Source: the human T2T-CHM13v2.0 reference genome, Homo sapiens
Length of the DNA: 64,000 nt
NCBI RefSeq assembly: GCF_009914755.1
Contig: NC_060936.1
Strand: one strand, 5' to 3'
Below the pieces are notes generated by a model. The model was not told the origin of the DNA and ran no database searches. It worked only from the letters and a program-made list of their open reading frames with translations. Position 1 is the stretch's first letter. Each line of letters begins with the position of its first letter. Shown piece after piece: positions 15,875 through 31,560 of this stretch. Position numbers and translations under genes: made by a program.

Positions 15875-18371
15875 GTGAGTCACAAATTAAGAATTTAAGA
15901 TGTAAAATACTAAAAGTTGAAATAGGCTGGGCATGGAGGCTTATGCCTGTGACGCCAGCATTTCGGGAGGCCAAGGTGGGAGAAGCACTTCGGACCAATC
16001 TGGGCAACACAGGGAGACCTCATCTCTACAAACGTTTTTTAAAAATTAGCCAGGCATGGTGGCACCTGCCTGTGGTCCCAGCTACTTGGGAGGCTGAGGT
16101 GGGGGGATCGCTTGAGCCCAGGAGGTCAAGGCTGCAGTGAGCTGTGATCAGTCATGCCACTACACTCCAGCCCGGGCAACAGAGTGACAGCCTGTCTCGG
16201 AAAAAAAAAAAAAAAAAAAAAAAAAAGTTGAAATAGAGCTTCTGTATAATGTGAGTCATATAGATGACAAGAGCAATTCTGATTTTGTATGCCTTCGTTT
16301 TTAACAAAGTTCAGTATTTCTATCTACAAGAACTTTGGTATTACTGAACTAGGGGTCAGGAGCCAAGATGCATGCTTGTGATTAACAAGCCACAGACTTT
16401 GACAATCACTTAACTTGGGAGTTTTCTCATTTTTAAAATGAAGGGGTTGTGCTTAATGACTTCTGACGTTTTTATAGCTCTAAAAGTCTGTGATTACTTT
16501 ACCTATGAAAGTCTATCACTGGCAAAATTATGTTAATTCGTTTAGTTCAAATATTAAAAGGTACTGTCTTTAAACTTTTTAAGCTTAGGGAAAATTTCTA
16601 GAGCAATTGATTTTTATTGATGTTGCATTTGTGAATGTACACTTTTTGTATTGTTTAAATATGAAAAGAAATGTGTATCTGTATTGAAAATTTGTTTTAT
16701 TTCCACATTTAGTAAACATTCTTTATTTGTACCTTTCTAAGGTGGTGTCATGGAAGTATTAACCAAAGTCAAGGCTGTAAAATCATTTCAAGGAAGGAGG
16801 TTGAGGCTAAATAGATGGAAATCTAATTTAAATACAGAACATACCTTTTAAACAAATGCAGGAATGTTATTAATGCCCTGGTCTATAAATCCATCTATTT
16901 TAGAAAATTAAGACTTGGATTTACTATTCTACCTCAGCCCTTCTTGTATATTGAAAATAAAACTACCAACTCTTCAGTTACCGGAGGAAAAAGAACTTCT
17001 CTGATATCATCCCTCAGCACTGATGTTCTCATGGGAGCAGTGCCGTGTCTGCATGGTTAGTGTTTGGTGCTTTGGTCTTAGGGAAAAGTGTAAATAGGGC
17101 AGCATTTCATAAATTCCTGGATCTTCCACTAATTTGATGGGTGATGCTGTATGAAGTTATTTCACTAGTTTGTGTTGTAGTTGCTTCCTGTGGTTATTCT
17201 GAGACCAGTGAAAAAACGTGTCTCACAAGAATATGGGAAGAAGTGCCACCAATGGGGAAGGGAGGAGAAGAAGGAAAGGTAGAGGAGAGGGAGGGAGAAA
17301 GAAGGAAAATGATGCTTAGTAACTTGGAAAATAGTTGCAGGGAAATACCAGAATGTTTGTGAGAGCTGAGGATTCAGGCAATAGGTAGAGCTAAAGATCT
17401 TCTTGCCTGCAGGTTTCCCATCTGGAGAATCCAGTCACCATTTGATTGTCTGGGAAGTAGGAATTGGACAGTTCAGGAAGTCACTTCACAGAGCCAGCTC
17501 AGTAACAGGATTTCTGATTCAGTTCTAAAAGCTTTTTTCAGCAACTGGGAATGGAATCTCTATCCTTGTAAAAATTTTTATGTTTTTGACTATTTTCATT
17601 CATTATTCATGAAAGATTCAACCAGAGAGGCCTGGCTAGATTGATTTATTTGTTCAAAAACATTTAATACATACTTTGAGTAAGTGTTTCTTACGGAGAC
17701 TTATAGAATGAATGCAACAAACCAGAAAAATTAAAGGGGAAATTAAGATTTCTTGGGGGCTAAGTTCATGTTACAAAATAACATGAGCTAAAGCAGACTC
17801 TGCCCCGTGAAAGATAGGTGACCAAGAGAGACGAAGGGAAAAAGCAGATTTCAACATGACATAGCAAAAGCTCATGGAGCTTGGAATCTGACTCTGTTAC
17901 TCATTAACTGGGGGACCTTGTTTGTGCCTCAGTTTCCTTTTCTTTAAAATGGGTGTAAAAATTATGCCTCATACAAGTATTATTGAAATGAAAAATGAGA
18001 TAATGTGTTTATGTTAAACAGCGTGTGAAGGTAAGGATTTGTTTCAGTGTTGATGGTTGTTTTACTAAAGCAGTGTCTTTATAATTTGTTCACTTTGCCT
18101 AATTTCTTATAGAAAATCCTGATAAGCTGCTCCTAAAAGAACGTAGGAAGATAACATTTCTACTAGATCTAGATTTTTGTTATCCTTTCTGGCCTTGAAT
18201 ATAGGCCCTTGGTGAGTTTTATAGCTTTTTCCCTTTTTTCAAGCAGGACCAGCCCCTGGGGTTTCCATCAGCAGCAAGTTTAGATAGCGTTTTATTAACT
18301 GAGTATCCAGGAACTAGAGGAGTTAAATATTTTGAAGTGAATTAAGACAAGATAATCAACAGAGGTAATAG

Positions 18372-18569
<198 letters not shown>

Positions 18570-19319
18570 TAGTAGAAATGGGGTTTTACCGTGTTAGCCA
18601 GGATGGTCTCGATCTCCTGACCTTGTGATCTGCCCGCCTCGGCCTCCCAAAGTGCTGGGATTACAGGCATGAGCCACCACGCCTGGCCAAAGGCCGTACT
18701 TTTCTTATAGTGTTTAAAATGTGTTTTTATAAGTATGAAATGTATAATATCTAAAATGTACAGTATTTCTTTGATACCTTCGTCCAGAGTTTACATACAT
18801 CTCATTGGCTTCCTTGGCCTCCAGGGCTGCTCTTCTCTTTATTAATAACAGCTTTATTGAGATATAATTCACATACCATAACATTTACCCTTTAAAAGGG
18901 TACAATTTGGGGCTTAGCACAGTGGCTCATGTCTGTAATCCCAGCACTTTAGGAGGTTGAGGCAGGAGGATCACTTGAGGCCAAGAGCTTGAGACTAGCC
19001 TGAACTATACAGTAAGACCCTGTCTTTACAAAAAAAATGTTTTTAAATTCTCCATGTGTAGTGGTGCATGCCTGTAGTACTGGCTGATTGCTTGAGCCCA
19101 GGACTTTGAAGCTGCAATGAGCTATGATCACACCACTGCACTGCAGCCTGAGTGACAGAGTGAGACTTTGTCTCTTAAAAAAAAATTTTTTTAAGTGTAT
19201 AATTGGGTAGTTTTTAGTTATTTACAGAGGTGTGCCACTATCACCATTATCTAATTAGAGAACATGTCACCCTCCACAAAAGAAACCCTGTACCCATAGC
19301 AGTCACTCATTTCTCCTAA

Positions 19320-19486
19320 CCTTATAAGGACGCCAACCATATTGGATTAGACCCACCCTAATGACCTCATTTTAATTTGATTACCTATGTAAAGACCCTG
19401 TCTCTAAATAAGGTCACATTCTGAGGTACTGGGTTTTGAACTTCAATATATGGATAGGGGAAGGGGAACATAATTCAACCCATAAG
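19320..19486. mobile_element. MaLR MLT1-type LTR fragment
   Basis: CTTATAAGGAC...ATTGGATTAG...AATGACCTCATTTTAA...AAATAAGGTCACATTCTGAGGTACTGGG...ACATAATTCAACCCATAA is typical of an MLT1 end. Confidence 0.7.
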
Positions 19487-20080
19487 AAACGTGTTGGGGT
19501 TTTCTTACCAACAGATACAACTCTTGGATGTTAATCAGTGCTGTCTGTGGGAGGTGTTCACAGTAGTGTCACTTTTCTGGGGGGTTGCATATACTTAATA
19601 ACATATTTACATACCAAAGATACATAAGCCTTTGGCCATATGACTAAGAGCTGCCATGGTTCATGGGAAGATACTTAGAACCCTTAATTTTATTCTTTGA
19701 AAAAGTCCCAATCCACCTCTCTCATTACCCTCCTCTAAAGACTAACCTGCATTCTATTCCTTGAGTAAAATATGAAAGCCTTTATTATTTTTTTAGATCT
19801 TCTTTAATTCAACATTCAGCAAATATTTATTGATCAAGGCACTGGGAATACAGTGGAGAACACAAGTCCTCTGTTTTATGAAGCTAGTAGGAGAAGATGT
19901 ATAAATAAATGAACAATCCACAAGATACAGATTGCAGTAGGTACTATGAAGGGTGATTTGATGGAGACTGACTAGAAAGCAGGGAGCTTTTTCTACCTTA
20001 GAAAGACTCGGTAGGGGGCCGGGTCATGGTGGCTCACGCCTGTAATCCCAGCACTTTGAGAGGCTAAGGCGGGCAGATCA

Positions 20081-20299
<219 letters not shown>

Positions 20300-21908
20300 T
20301 TAAAAAAAAAAAAAAAACAGTCGGTAGGGAAGGCTTCTGTGGGGAGACAACATCTGAGATGAGACCCCAAGGGTGAGGAGCCAGCTGTGGAAGAGCTAAG
20401 GGAACAGCATTCTTTGATGAATACTGTTAGACTGTAAACTCTATGAGAGCAGGGACTCTATCTGTCTTGTTTATTGTTGTAAACAGGTATCTAGCAGAGT
20501 GGGCATTCAATAAAAGATGGTTGGGTTTTGTTGTTGTTGTTAAATGATTATCTAAAATACCCAATAAGGAGATTATTAGAACTATAACTGTCAAGAATAC
20601 ACTACCCCTCCATGTACTCTTTAGAAGTGCACTCCTGACTTTCACACTCACTCTTACACTGCGTGTATGCTGTTTGAAAACCAGTTGTCAAAGGTGCCAT
20701 GGATATCAGTGCTTTGACAGGCAACCTATAGCTAATGGTGACTCACTTGCCTAGACACCTAATATTATTATCATAGATAATCCTGGAATTGCATAAAAAG
20801 CCAGTCTTCAATGAATTGAGAAGAGTGACTACATATGAGAATGGACAGAGCTTTTGTGCATTGATTTAAAGTCTGCAGGTCCTTTTGCATTGCACTGTGC
20901 TTCTCCATGGTCTGCAGGTTGGTCAGTTACAGAGCGATTGGTTCTGTAGTTCTCTGACTCTACTGATGGGTATGGAAATGAGCCTTTTAGCTTTTACAAA
21001 AAATTCTCGTCTCATGGGACGATTGGCCATTATTTGGGTTTAGGTATCATTATGGCTTTCCTGTCCTTCTTGGGAGCGTACACTAGACAAAAGAACTCCC
21101 TGTCTGCAACTCTGTGTCATCTCATCTGTTCTCATGCTCCACATGGTCTGTAGTATGGAGAAGGAGGCAGCCAGAGGTTCTCATTTGGAAAGCTGAATGG
21201 TGATTGCTTCTGAGCAGAGCCTCACGTAGGATATATAATTGCTCACTGTGCAGCCCTGATGGCTTCTTCAAGAGTAAAACTCAAGAATTCACCTTAAAAT
21301 AATTATTTTTTCTTTGATTTATTTAGGTATTGTGCTATATTCTTTTTGCATTTGTTTTCCCAGAGCCCCGTCCATTTATCCCTTTCCCCTCATCACAGTG
21401 CTACAAGTGTCTCTAACAAACCTCTCCCCAGTTTCTCACATCCAGAATTGGGGTCATGTGCCTTGTCACTATGACTTTGGGTATTACTCCCTAATACCCA
21501 AAGAGAGAAGCTGTTTTGGGAGCATTGTATAAAAAGGGCTGCTTCAAAGGCTGAATGAAGCCAAGATGGGTTTCTACTATAGAATCACTGAGATAGGGAG
21601 GGTGATAAAGAGCATTCAACAGGAAGTTATGCCTAGGTCCAAGGCCAGGAGAATCCAAAGCCTGTACTTTAAACTAGAAGGGATTAGGCCAAGAGATACC
21701 TGGAGGAATGGTCTAAATATTGGTGAAGGAGAGACTGAAATAAAGAAACAAAGATCCATTATAGTTCAGGTGAAGCCAGGAAGTTTGAAATCTATGTTTA
21801 TGAAAGATTGGCTCCCAATGGGGTGTTATTTTTATGAACTTTGATTTATCTGGCTAGGATAGGGTCGGCTTCTTAAGGAACTTAGCTTTACTGAATATTC
21901 CTTAGTAG

Positions 21909-22142
<234 letters not shown>

Positions 22143-23479
22143 TAGTAGAAGCGGGATTTCACCATGTTGGCCAGTCTAGTCTCAAACTCCTTGACCTCAG
22201 GTGATCTGCCCACCTCGGCCTCGAAAAGTGCTGGGATTACAGGCATGAGCCACCGTACCTGGCCTATAGATTTTTAAATTTTAAAAATGTTTATTGTGTT
22301 TCCTGATGGCAAAAAGAATTCATGTTCACTGTGAAATAATATTGAGACAATAGAGAAATGTTCAGTACAAATGTTCAGTGAAAATCTCCCATGGTCCTCT
22401 TCCAAAGAAAATACTAGCCATGGTTTGGTGTTAATTTTTTTTGTATTTCTTCATATGTGATACACACATGCACACATGTTGTACATAACTTTTCTACTTA
22501 TTTTGCTTTGTTTTTGTTTGTTTTTGAGAGAGTCTTGCTCTGTCTCCCAGAGTGCGGTGGCTGGAGTGTAGTGGCACAATCTCGGCACACTGCAACCTCC
22601 ACCTCCTGGGTTTAAATGATTCTTGTGTCTCAGCCTCCCAAGTAGCTGGAATTACAGGCGAGTGCCACCATGCCTACCCAATTTCTGTATTTTTAGTAGA
22701 GATGCGGTTTTGCCATGTTGGCAGGCTGGTCTCAAACTCCTGGCTTCAGGTGATCCACCTCGGCCTCCCAAAGTACTGGGATTACAGGTGTGAGCCACCA
22801 CGCCCAGCCGTTTTTGCTTTCATTTTAAACAAAATGGTTTTCTTAAAATTCTTTCACTTACTATATCTTGGAATTTTTTTTAAAGTATTTTAAATGGTTG
22901 TATATAGTATTCCATATAGCACATATGGAGGTACCACGGCTAATGTAACAGCTATGCCATTGAAGGGCATATGTGTTGGTTATAGTGATTTAGTGTTACA
23001 AATACTGCTGCAGTGAACATCCTTGTTCATACATTTTTGCACTCTTCACATTTTTCTAGGTTAGATGCCTACAAACAGGATAGCTAGGTCAAATGGTATG
23101 TACATTTAAATTTTTAATAGATACTATCATATTGCTCCAAGAATGTTTTAATAGTCTATACTCTCCTCATATCTACCTTCATCAAGAGTGCAAAACCTAT
23201 CATTCTGTATGCATACATAGTACAACTATAAAGAAAACTGAGGTAATTATCATCACAAAAGTCAAGATAATGGTTACCTGGGGAATGTGTGTGATTGGTG
23301 GGGAGGATCCCCGTCATCATGGAATGGTGCCTGGAGAGGAGGCTTCTGGAAAGCTGGCAGTGTTCTGTTTCTTGACCTTGGTGGGAATTATGTGGGTGTT
23401 TGCTTTATAATTATTTGTTAAGCAAGACGTATTTGTTTTATGTATTTATCTTTATATATGTTGTATTTCACAATTTGAA

Positions 23480-24420
23480 AAATTCATTCATTCATTCATT
23501 CATTCAAATACTTATAATGTGCACCTACTATGTATGAAGTCACTGTTCTGAGTAACAGTGATGCTACAGTGAACAAGGTGCATTCCCTGTCTGAAAATAA
23601 TGCAGGAAGTTGACAGTAAAGAAGGAAATACATAAACAGACAAATCAGCTAGTGATAGTACTATGAATACAATAAAACCAGGTAAGGAGGAGAAAGTGGT
23701 AGCTGTAGAGACAACTCAATTTTTGATAGGATTCTCAGGAAGGAACCTTTGGGGAGGTGAAGTTTGAGCAGGATAAAAAGGAGCAAAAGAGTATTCCTGG
23801 CAAAGAAAACAACATGTAAAAGCCTAAGAACAGTGGAAAGAAGGCTGCTATGACTGGGGTGTGGTTAGCTTGGAAAGGGTTAGGAGATGAGATCAGAGAG
23901 GTAATCAGCAGCCAGATCTCATAGGGCCTTGCTAGCTACCAGGGGTTTTAGTCAGTGTGCTGGGAAGCCAGTGATATGTTTTTGGCAGGGGAGCATCATG
24001 ACCTGATTGATAACAACTTTTAAAAGATTAGTTACTCTAGGAGGATGGATTATCGGGCTGAGGGTGGAGGGATAGAGATGGATGAAGAAGCGACTCCCCA
24101 GGTAGAGTTGATGGTAGCTTTGATTATGGAAGTGTTGAAACGGGTTAGGTTGGATATATGTTTTGAAGGTAGAACTGACAAGACTTACTAATGGAATAAA
24201 TGGTTGTGGGAAGGAAGGTTAAAGAAAAAAAATAATCAAAAATGACTCCTAGGTTTTTGTCTTGAGCTACTGGAGGAATAGTGGCATCATTAACTTGAGA
24301 GACCAAAGGCTAGAGGAAGGAAAGAGGGATAGGTTGGAATATAAAGTCAAATAATTCATCTTAGACTGTGTGGATAATTAAGGTTGAGATGCCCTTTACA
24401 TATCCATGTTAGTTTCACAT
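23480..24420 (-). mobile_element. L2 LINE fossil (3' end with (TTCA)n)
   Basis: (TTCA)n at 23483-23506 followed by purine-rich L2 antisense-type sequence. Confidence 0.7.
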
Positions 24421-26128
24421 AAGTAGAACAAATGAGAATTCTGTTGTATTGAGGTGAAATACTGAGTTAAATTTCCGCAGCCATCTGAGCTCTCTCAGGA
24501 CCTGAGACTCTGTTCTAGTACCTTTCATGAGGTTGTCACCAAGAATTTCCTCATTCACAGTGACGGAAGCTGAATTCAGACAAGAGTGTCCCCCACCCCC
24601 CACGTACACACTCTCAGCTCCTAGAAGAACCACCTTCTGAGTTCATGCCTGTGAGGTGAGATGTGTAGGAGGAAGTTAATGCAAACAGATGCTTTGTCTG
24701 TTTCCTGCCTGTTTGGAGCTGTTTTCCTCAGTCAGCCTCTAATGCCTTATCCACACACAAAGAATACAGTTTGCATACTAGCTGAAACTAATCTTCTCTG
24801 AAAAGACTAATTTTCCTCTGAAAGGTAAACAGATCCTTGTTCTTTAAACAGCTCATTTTGGATTAGCAACTCTGCGTCTGGTACACTTCTTGAAGCACAT
24901 TTCTCCCAGTTTCCTTTCTTGGAGTTAAAGACATTAATACAGTGTCCATAAGTGTCACCACCACTCTGCCTCTGTTGAGTGATGCAGAACCATTTTTGTT
25001 TCTAGAACACTTTACAGTGAGCAACAGCTGGTTATCAGAAGTAGTTTTAATTGCTGAATGGGCTTTTGTTCCTTTTGAGGTGGGGGCTGTATTATTTGTT
25101 TTTTTCTTAAAAGTCTGCTTCGTTTACAGAGGCTGGCAATTTTTAGTCATCCTATTCTAGAAAGAAGTTATGAAAACAAGATAATTTCTCAACCAAATAA
25201 CAGCTATTTAAATTTCCAAAGGACGTTCTCATATGTGACCTCTTCTGATCCCATTCCTGCCTGTGATGGAAGTCATGATAATTACTCTTTCTTTTTTTTT
25301 TTTTTTTTTTTTTTTTGAGACAGGATCTCACTCTATTGCCCAAGCTGGAGTGCAGCAGCGCCATCATGGCTCACTATAGCCTTGACCTCCTGGGATCAGG
25401 TGATCCTCCCACCTCAGCCTCCCAGGTGGCTGGGACTACAGCTGTAAGCCACCATTCTTGGCTAATTTTTTATACTTTTTATAGAGATGAGTTTCACCGT
25501 GCTGCCCGGGCTGGTCTTGAACTCCTGGGTTCAAGTGATCCACCTGCCTTGGCCTCCCAAAATGCTGGGATTACAGGCGTGAGCCACTGTGCCCAGCCAA
25601 TAGTTACTCTTTATTTGGCAGATAAGGAAACTGAGGGTCAGAAGTTTGGTGACACTTGCTCAAGGCCTTGCAAAGGTTACATGTTAACCACTGGCTTGAG
25701 GATTGGCTTTTTGTAAATCTTCCAGGATGGGTAGTCAATTGGAAATAAAAACCACTTCATATGTATTTCTATCTCATTGATTTGGTTGATTTTTTGGTTG
25801 ATATTTGCTGGGTGGTATTGTTTTGGATGCCTTTTACATCACTAGGTAAAATGAATCCAAATGTTTGGAATTCATTCTTAGCAATGTTTGTTATATTAAG
25901 GATGTACTAGAAGGATTAAAAGTGGTATATTGAGAGGACCACTTCAGCTAAAACAGAAAAGGGCCTTTTACATAGGAGCTCTCTTCTGTGAAGACAGATT
26001 TTCCAGCATTTCCAGATTGTGCTATTGCTAATTAGTAGGTTAAACACATTAGGGTGGTAATTGCTTATTCTTCCGGCATAGAGGTGTTTTTTTTTTTTTT
26101 TTGGTAGATTCTTGTATTGATTAGTTGA

Positions 26129-26362
<234 letters not shown>

Positions 26363-29300
26363 TGATCCGCCCGCCTCGGCCTCCCAAAGTGCTGGGATTA
26401 CAGGCATGAGCCACTGCGCCTGGCTGAGCCTGTTCTTAATTATTTACCGAGAGAGCCATGCCTGATTCAAGAGTCTTCAGGTTGGTTGTGTGGGCTACAA
26501 GTATCTAGTTCTGGTTTTCTTTTTCCAAAGAGGAACGCCTAAAGTTCTAGTATATTGGGCCTAAATTTTGGAGGTTTGAAGGCCCAAGATTCAGATTAAT
26601 TACTGTAGGGGTAGATCTTTTTCATGCTTCTAGATTTGGCTTAATGTGGCAGTTAGTCTTTCTTTTTACCTTGAAATCTGGATTCACTCAATCCTTGTAG
26701 ACAGCTTGGTATATTGTGTAGGAGAGATAAAAATAGAGTTTAAATGAGCTGCCCTTGCCTGATGTGAGGTGGGGCCCCCAAATTTTGTACTTGGTAAATG
26801 GTAGGAAGATTGCAGATGGTAGGAAGGTTGGAGTTGACAGGCAGACAAAAAGTTGGCAGCATACTATATACTCTTTTGTTACTTATGCTGGTTAGCCCAT
26901 AGTTGTGGTTCCTAAGTATTGTTGCTTTGAAAAACAAAATATCTGTATCCAGTGAATGAACCATCAACAGAAAAGCAAGTAATGTTTTGACACAGATAGC
27001 ATCATCTCCATTTCTCTACATTGGCATCTGGGCCAATAGTCCAGTGCTATTATAAGTGTTTTAGAGCTAAAAGAGAACTTCTGGTCTATCTGGACCAGTG
27101 GTTTGTGAAATGTTTGCTCTTCAGGGATTCTGCAAACTTGAATGTGTTTTTAAAATTTGTAACACTCCAAAGAACCATTACCAAAATAGTCATCATGAAC
27201 CCTCTTGAGATGTCATGTAGAACACACGCAAGACCACCAGTGCCTCAGCCTGTGCTGCCAGCTTTGCCTGAATGTGTGGAGACGCCAGCCTGCAGCCTCC
27301 ATGCCACTTCTATTAACTAAAGAGTATTATGCAGTTGTAAGGTGGACTGAGTAAAACTGGTTGCGCTTGTAACTGCTTCACTGGGTGAATAAAACAATTT
27401 GTTTTCAATATTTAAAATCAACTAAATTCACAAATACATGCATACTGAGTAAGATTGCCACCATCATCCTTATCCTCCAATTTCAAATTATTTTGGAAAG
27501 GTCTAATTTTTCTTAATTGAGTTTATAAATTTTATACATCTACATTATAAAATACTTAATAAAAGATTACTTTGTTCTGTTTATCTGTTCTGTTTATTGA
27601 GGCTTCACATAAGATTTCATATGGAAAAGGGCTGTGGGTGCCAACAAAAAAATCCCATATAATTTGGAAAACCATTGGTTTCAATCAGCGGTTCTCAAAC
27701 TATTCTGAGGAGCCATAGGTCTCTAAGAGGTGCCTCAGGGAATAGCTGCAAGGAAGAGCTGAATGGATTGTTAATCTGGTGGATTCCTGTCCCCTTCCCC
27801 ATTTTCACTTCAACCTGAGCATTTTAATGTTTTATGTATTGAAGTTCTGTTTAATATTTTATTTGAGGGAAAAAGTGTTTTTTTTTATCTGAGTTTAAAG
27901 AAAAATGATGTGCAGTCACTAATCTATGACTAGTTAAGGAAGCAGAGCCCCGGGGAAGTTAAGTGATTTGCTCAAGTCTGCAGTCCCAGTCCTCTGCTGC
28001 TTCCTGTGGGGCTCTTACTGGCTTAACAAGTAAAACAAGCCATCTCTTTGATAATAAATGATATTTACTGATTAAGAAAAAAAGGGGTGGTATTCATTAT
28101 TTGTAGAAGAGTAACCCTAGTTACAGTTTTATTCGTTAATACTGAAGTTGTTGTGACAGATCAGTCACCAACTTTTAGTAGCCTAACAGGAATTAAAAGC
28201 TGGTATTCCTGAGTGGTCAGTGGCTCTTAGTTCAGGCAGTGATTCAGTTCTCCTCCAGCCATCTTCCATCTTGTGACTCGGCTGTTTTCAACAGGTGACT
28301 TCTAAGGTCGTAGCAGAAGGAAAAGAACCTGGAAGATTTCTGTGGGCTATGCCTGGAAATGGTGCCTGTTGCTTCCGCTCATTTGCTGGTCAGAGCTCAG
28401 TCACATGGCCATACTCAGTTACAAGAAAACCTGGGAAATGTAGACCAGCTTTTTGCCCAGGGAGGAGAAGAAATGGGTTGGTGAACAACTAGCCAGTGTC
28501 AGCCATAATGGAGTCAGTAGAAAGAGTCCTGGGCTTCAGTTTTCTAAAGAGATTAGAGTGGCTGATTGCTAAGATCTTCCAATTCTAACTAGGTAGGATT
28601 CCAAGGCAGATATAGTTGTAACAGTATCACCTTTTTTGGTACACATTCACCATTCTATCCCAGATAGAGAAGCTGTTTGGTCTTTTTGTACTCAGGTAAT
28701 ATCTTTGATAATCACAGAGTTGGGTAAATTCCTTTGAAGTTATAACTTGATCCAGAATCCCCAAAATAAAAAAAAGTTGGTATCTTTTTCAGGGATTGCC
28801 TTAGGGTGAGATAGACCCTTTCATGGTTATATTAGGTAGAATAACATTAACTGTTATAATACATAAACCCTAAGCTCTCAATGGCTTTACATAATGGAGG
28901 TTTTTTTCTCATTCCCATAAAGTCATCAACAGCATTTCTGTTTAAACATGAGGAAGAATAGCATTGTGCTTTAATGGAATGAATTGACCTGGAAAACAGA
29001 AGACCTAGGTTCTAGCCCATGTTCTGTCACTAATTTTCTGACTTTGAATAAATCCTCACTCTGGGTTTCAATTTCTGTCAGTAAAACACGGAGATTGAAC
29101 GAGATGATTCCTTCGCTCTCTAAATGTCCACATGTACGTATGCGATCTCTGTTGGAAAGAAAATTAGTAGAGAGATAGTCTCACATGATGTGGTATATCA
29201 TGTCTGGTAACTTTGTAATGCTGCCGCCTTTGCATGCAGAACATATTCATCCTTCTCTGGGACCGAGGGCGGCTTCTCCTCTCACCCAAATTTACTCCTT

Positions 29301-29656
29301 TGTGTAATGAGAAATAGAGAGAGGTTGAGATGATTGGTGCCACAACAAAATTTATTTTCCATTCCAGTCATGACACATAAGGTACTTTCCCTGCACACGA
29401 CTGACGGTGTGGGGAATGAGGAGGTGTTTATGTGATTTTCCTGTTTAAAATTATGCATCATAGTACTAAGGTTTTATGAGGTTGACATTCTGTAATTCTC
29501 CACGAATAAGTCAGATTTTCCGCATTGCCCTGGTATGATTAGTTGCATTCAATGCTGCATGTTTGTCATTTGCAGAACTGTAAGAATTCCCCCTATACAC
29601 ACCTCTCGTCATCAGTTGCTAGGTTACGGCTTTTCACATTGTCCCAGTCTGGTGAT

Positions 29657-29670
29657 GTTGCCATGGATAC
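29657..29670. promoter_or_regulatory. RFX X-box candidate
   Basis: GTTGCCATGGATAC, in a non-repeat, CpG-enriched segment. Confidence 0.55.
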
Positions 29671-30154
29671 CAGTTATACCTCCTCCTATGACACTGTCCT
29701 GGTCAGGCTCAGAGGGCGGGCAAGATGTAACTATGATGTCAGAGATGTTTTAGCATATGTCTTTCCCTTTACATTAATGATAAGATCTAAGTAATAGATA
29801 TCAATTCTATGTGTTCTCATATATGAATTAAGGACATGAGGTATTAGCTGAATCCCTCAAACAGTCCACCACTTAGAACCTTTATTCCATTATGTATTTT
29901 TTTTCTTTTTTAAAGGAAAGGGAAGGGAAAGGAAGGGGAAAGCCTTTATTCCATTATAATTCTGCAGAAATGGAACTAACAGATTATAAAATATGAATAT
30001 AAGATCTGCTATACTGTGTCCAGCTCATTCCCTACACAGACCAGCACCCCACCTCCCATAGGGTGGGCTATACATGGAATATCATTATCCTTTACATTGC
30101 CTTCAGTGGTAGGGACATTTGGGAATGCTTTTTGTCAAACTCTTAATTTATCTA

Positions 30155-30910
<756 letters not shown>

Positions 30911-31560
30911 TTTAACCAGTTTTTATCCCCAACAACACTTAGTGCCATGCATATTATGGCAGGGATCCAGAAAAGTCTCATTGATTTGTTCTGAAGACTG
31001 AAATGTAGGTAATAACTAATTTGACTTTAGATTTCTAGCATAGTGTTTTAAGATGGTGGAAACCCCCGCATATTACAGTTGTTGAAGGGCAAGGTTAACC
31101 CATGTTATTTAGCTCTTGTCTAGTCTGACCTTTTGATCTCACAGTTGAAGAAAGCACTAAGGCCGTAGGAGGATGTGACTCATCTAAGGTCACAGCCAGT
31201 AAACCTGTGGTTTAGGTAAATGTGTGTTATAAAAAATCTTTGAAAAACAAGGTGTAAAAATCTTTGCAAAGTAATTCTGTTTACTTAAACGATCATGTTT
31301 TGTTTTATGCAGTCTGTTTACTTAAAAACCTAGCAGACAGAAAGCTATTATTAAAGAAGAACTTCAATATTTAAAAGGAGCCCTACATAGAACCTACCTA
31401 CCAGTTACTTCAAGTCAACTCGAAGCCTTGCATTCTGCTTAGTATTTGAATTATTCCTCAAAAACCAAAATAAAATTTAATGTAGCATCGGATTGAGGCA
31501 TCTTTCAAAAGTAACATCTATTTTGAAAACCAGCAGAGTTTGAATTAAAAAACCATTCTT

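Noticed and set aside
15875-16226. Possible truncated isoform: exon 2 read-through to stop at 15898 ending at the A-run 16201-16226
   Set aside because: The A-run is a genomic Alu tail, so apparent 3' ends here would be oligo-dT internal priming artefacts
26798-26833. 18-bp imperfect tandem repeat ATGGTAGGAAGATTGCAG / ATGGTAGGAAGGTTGGAG
   Set aside because: An ordinary two-copy slippage duplication with no further structure
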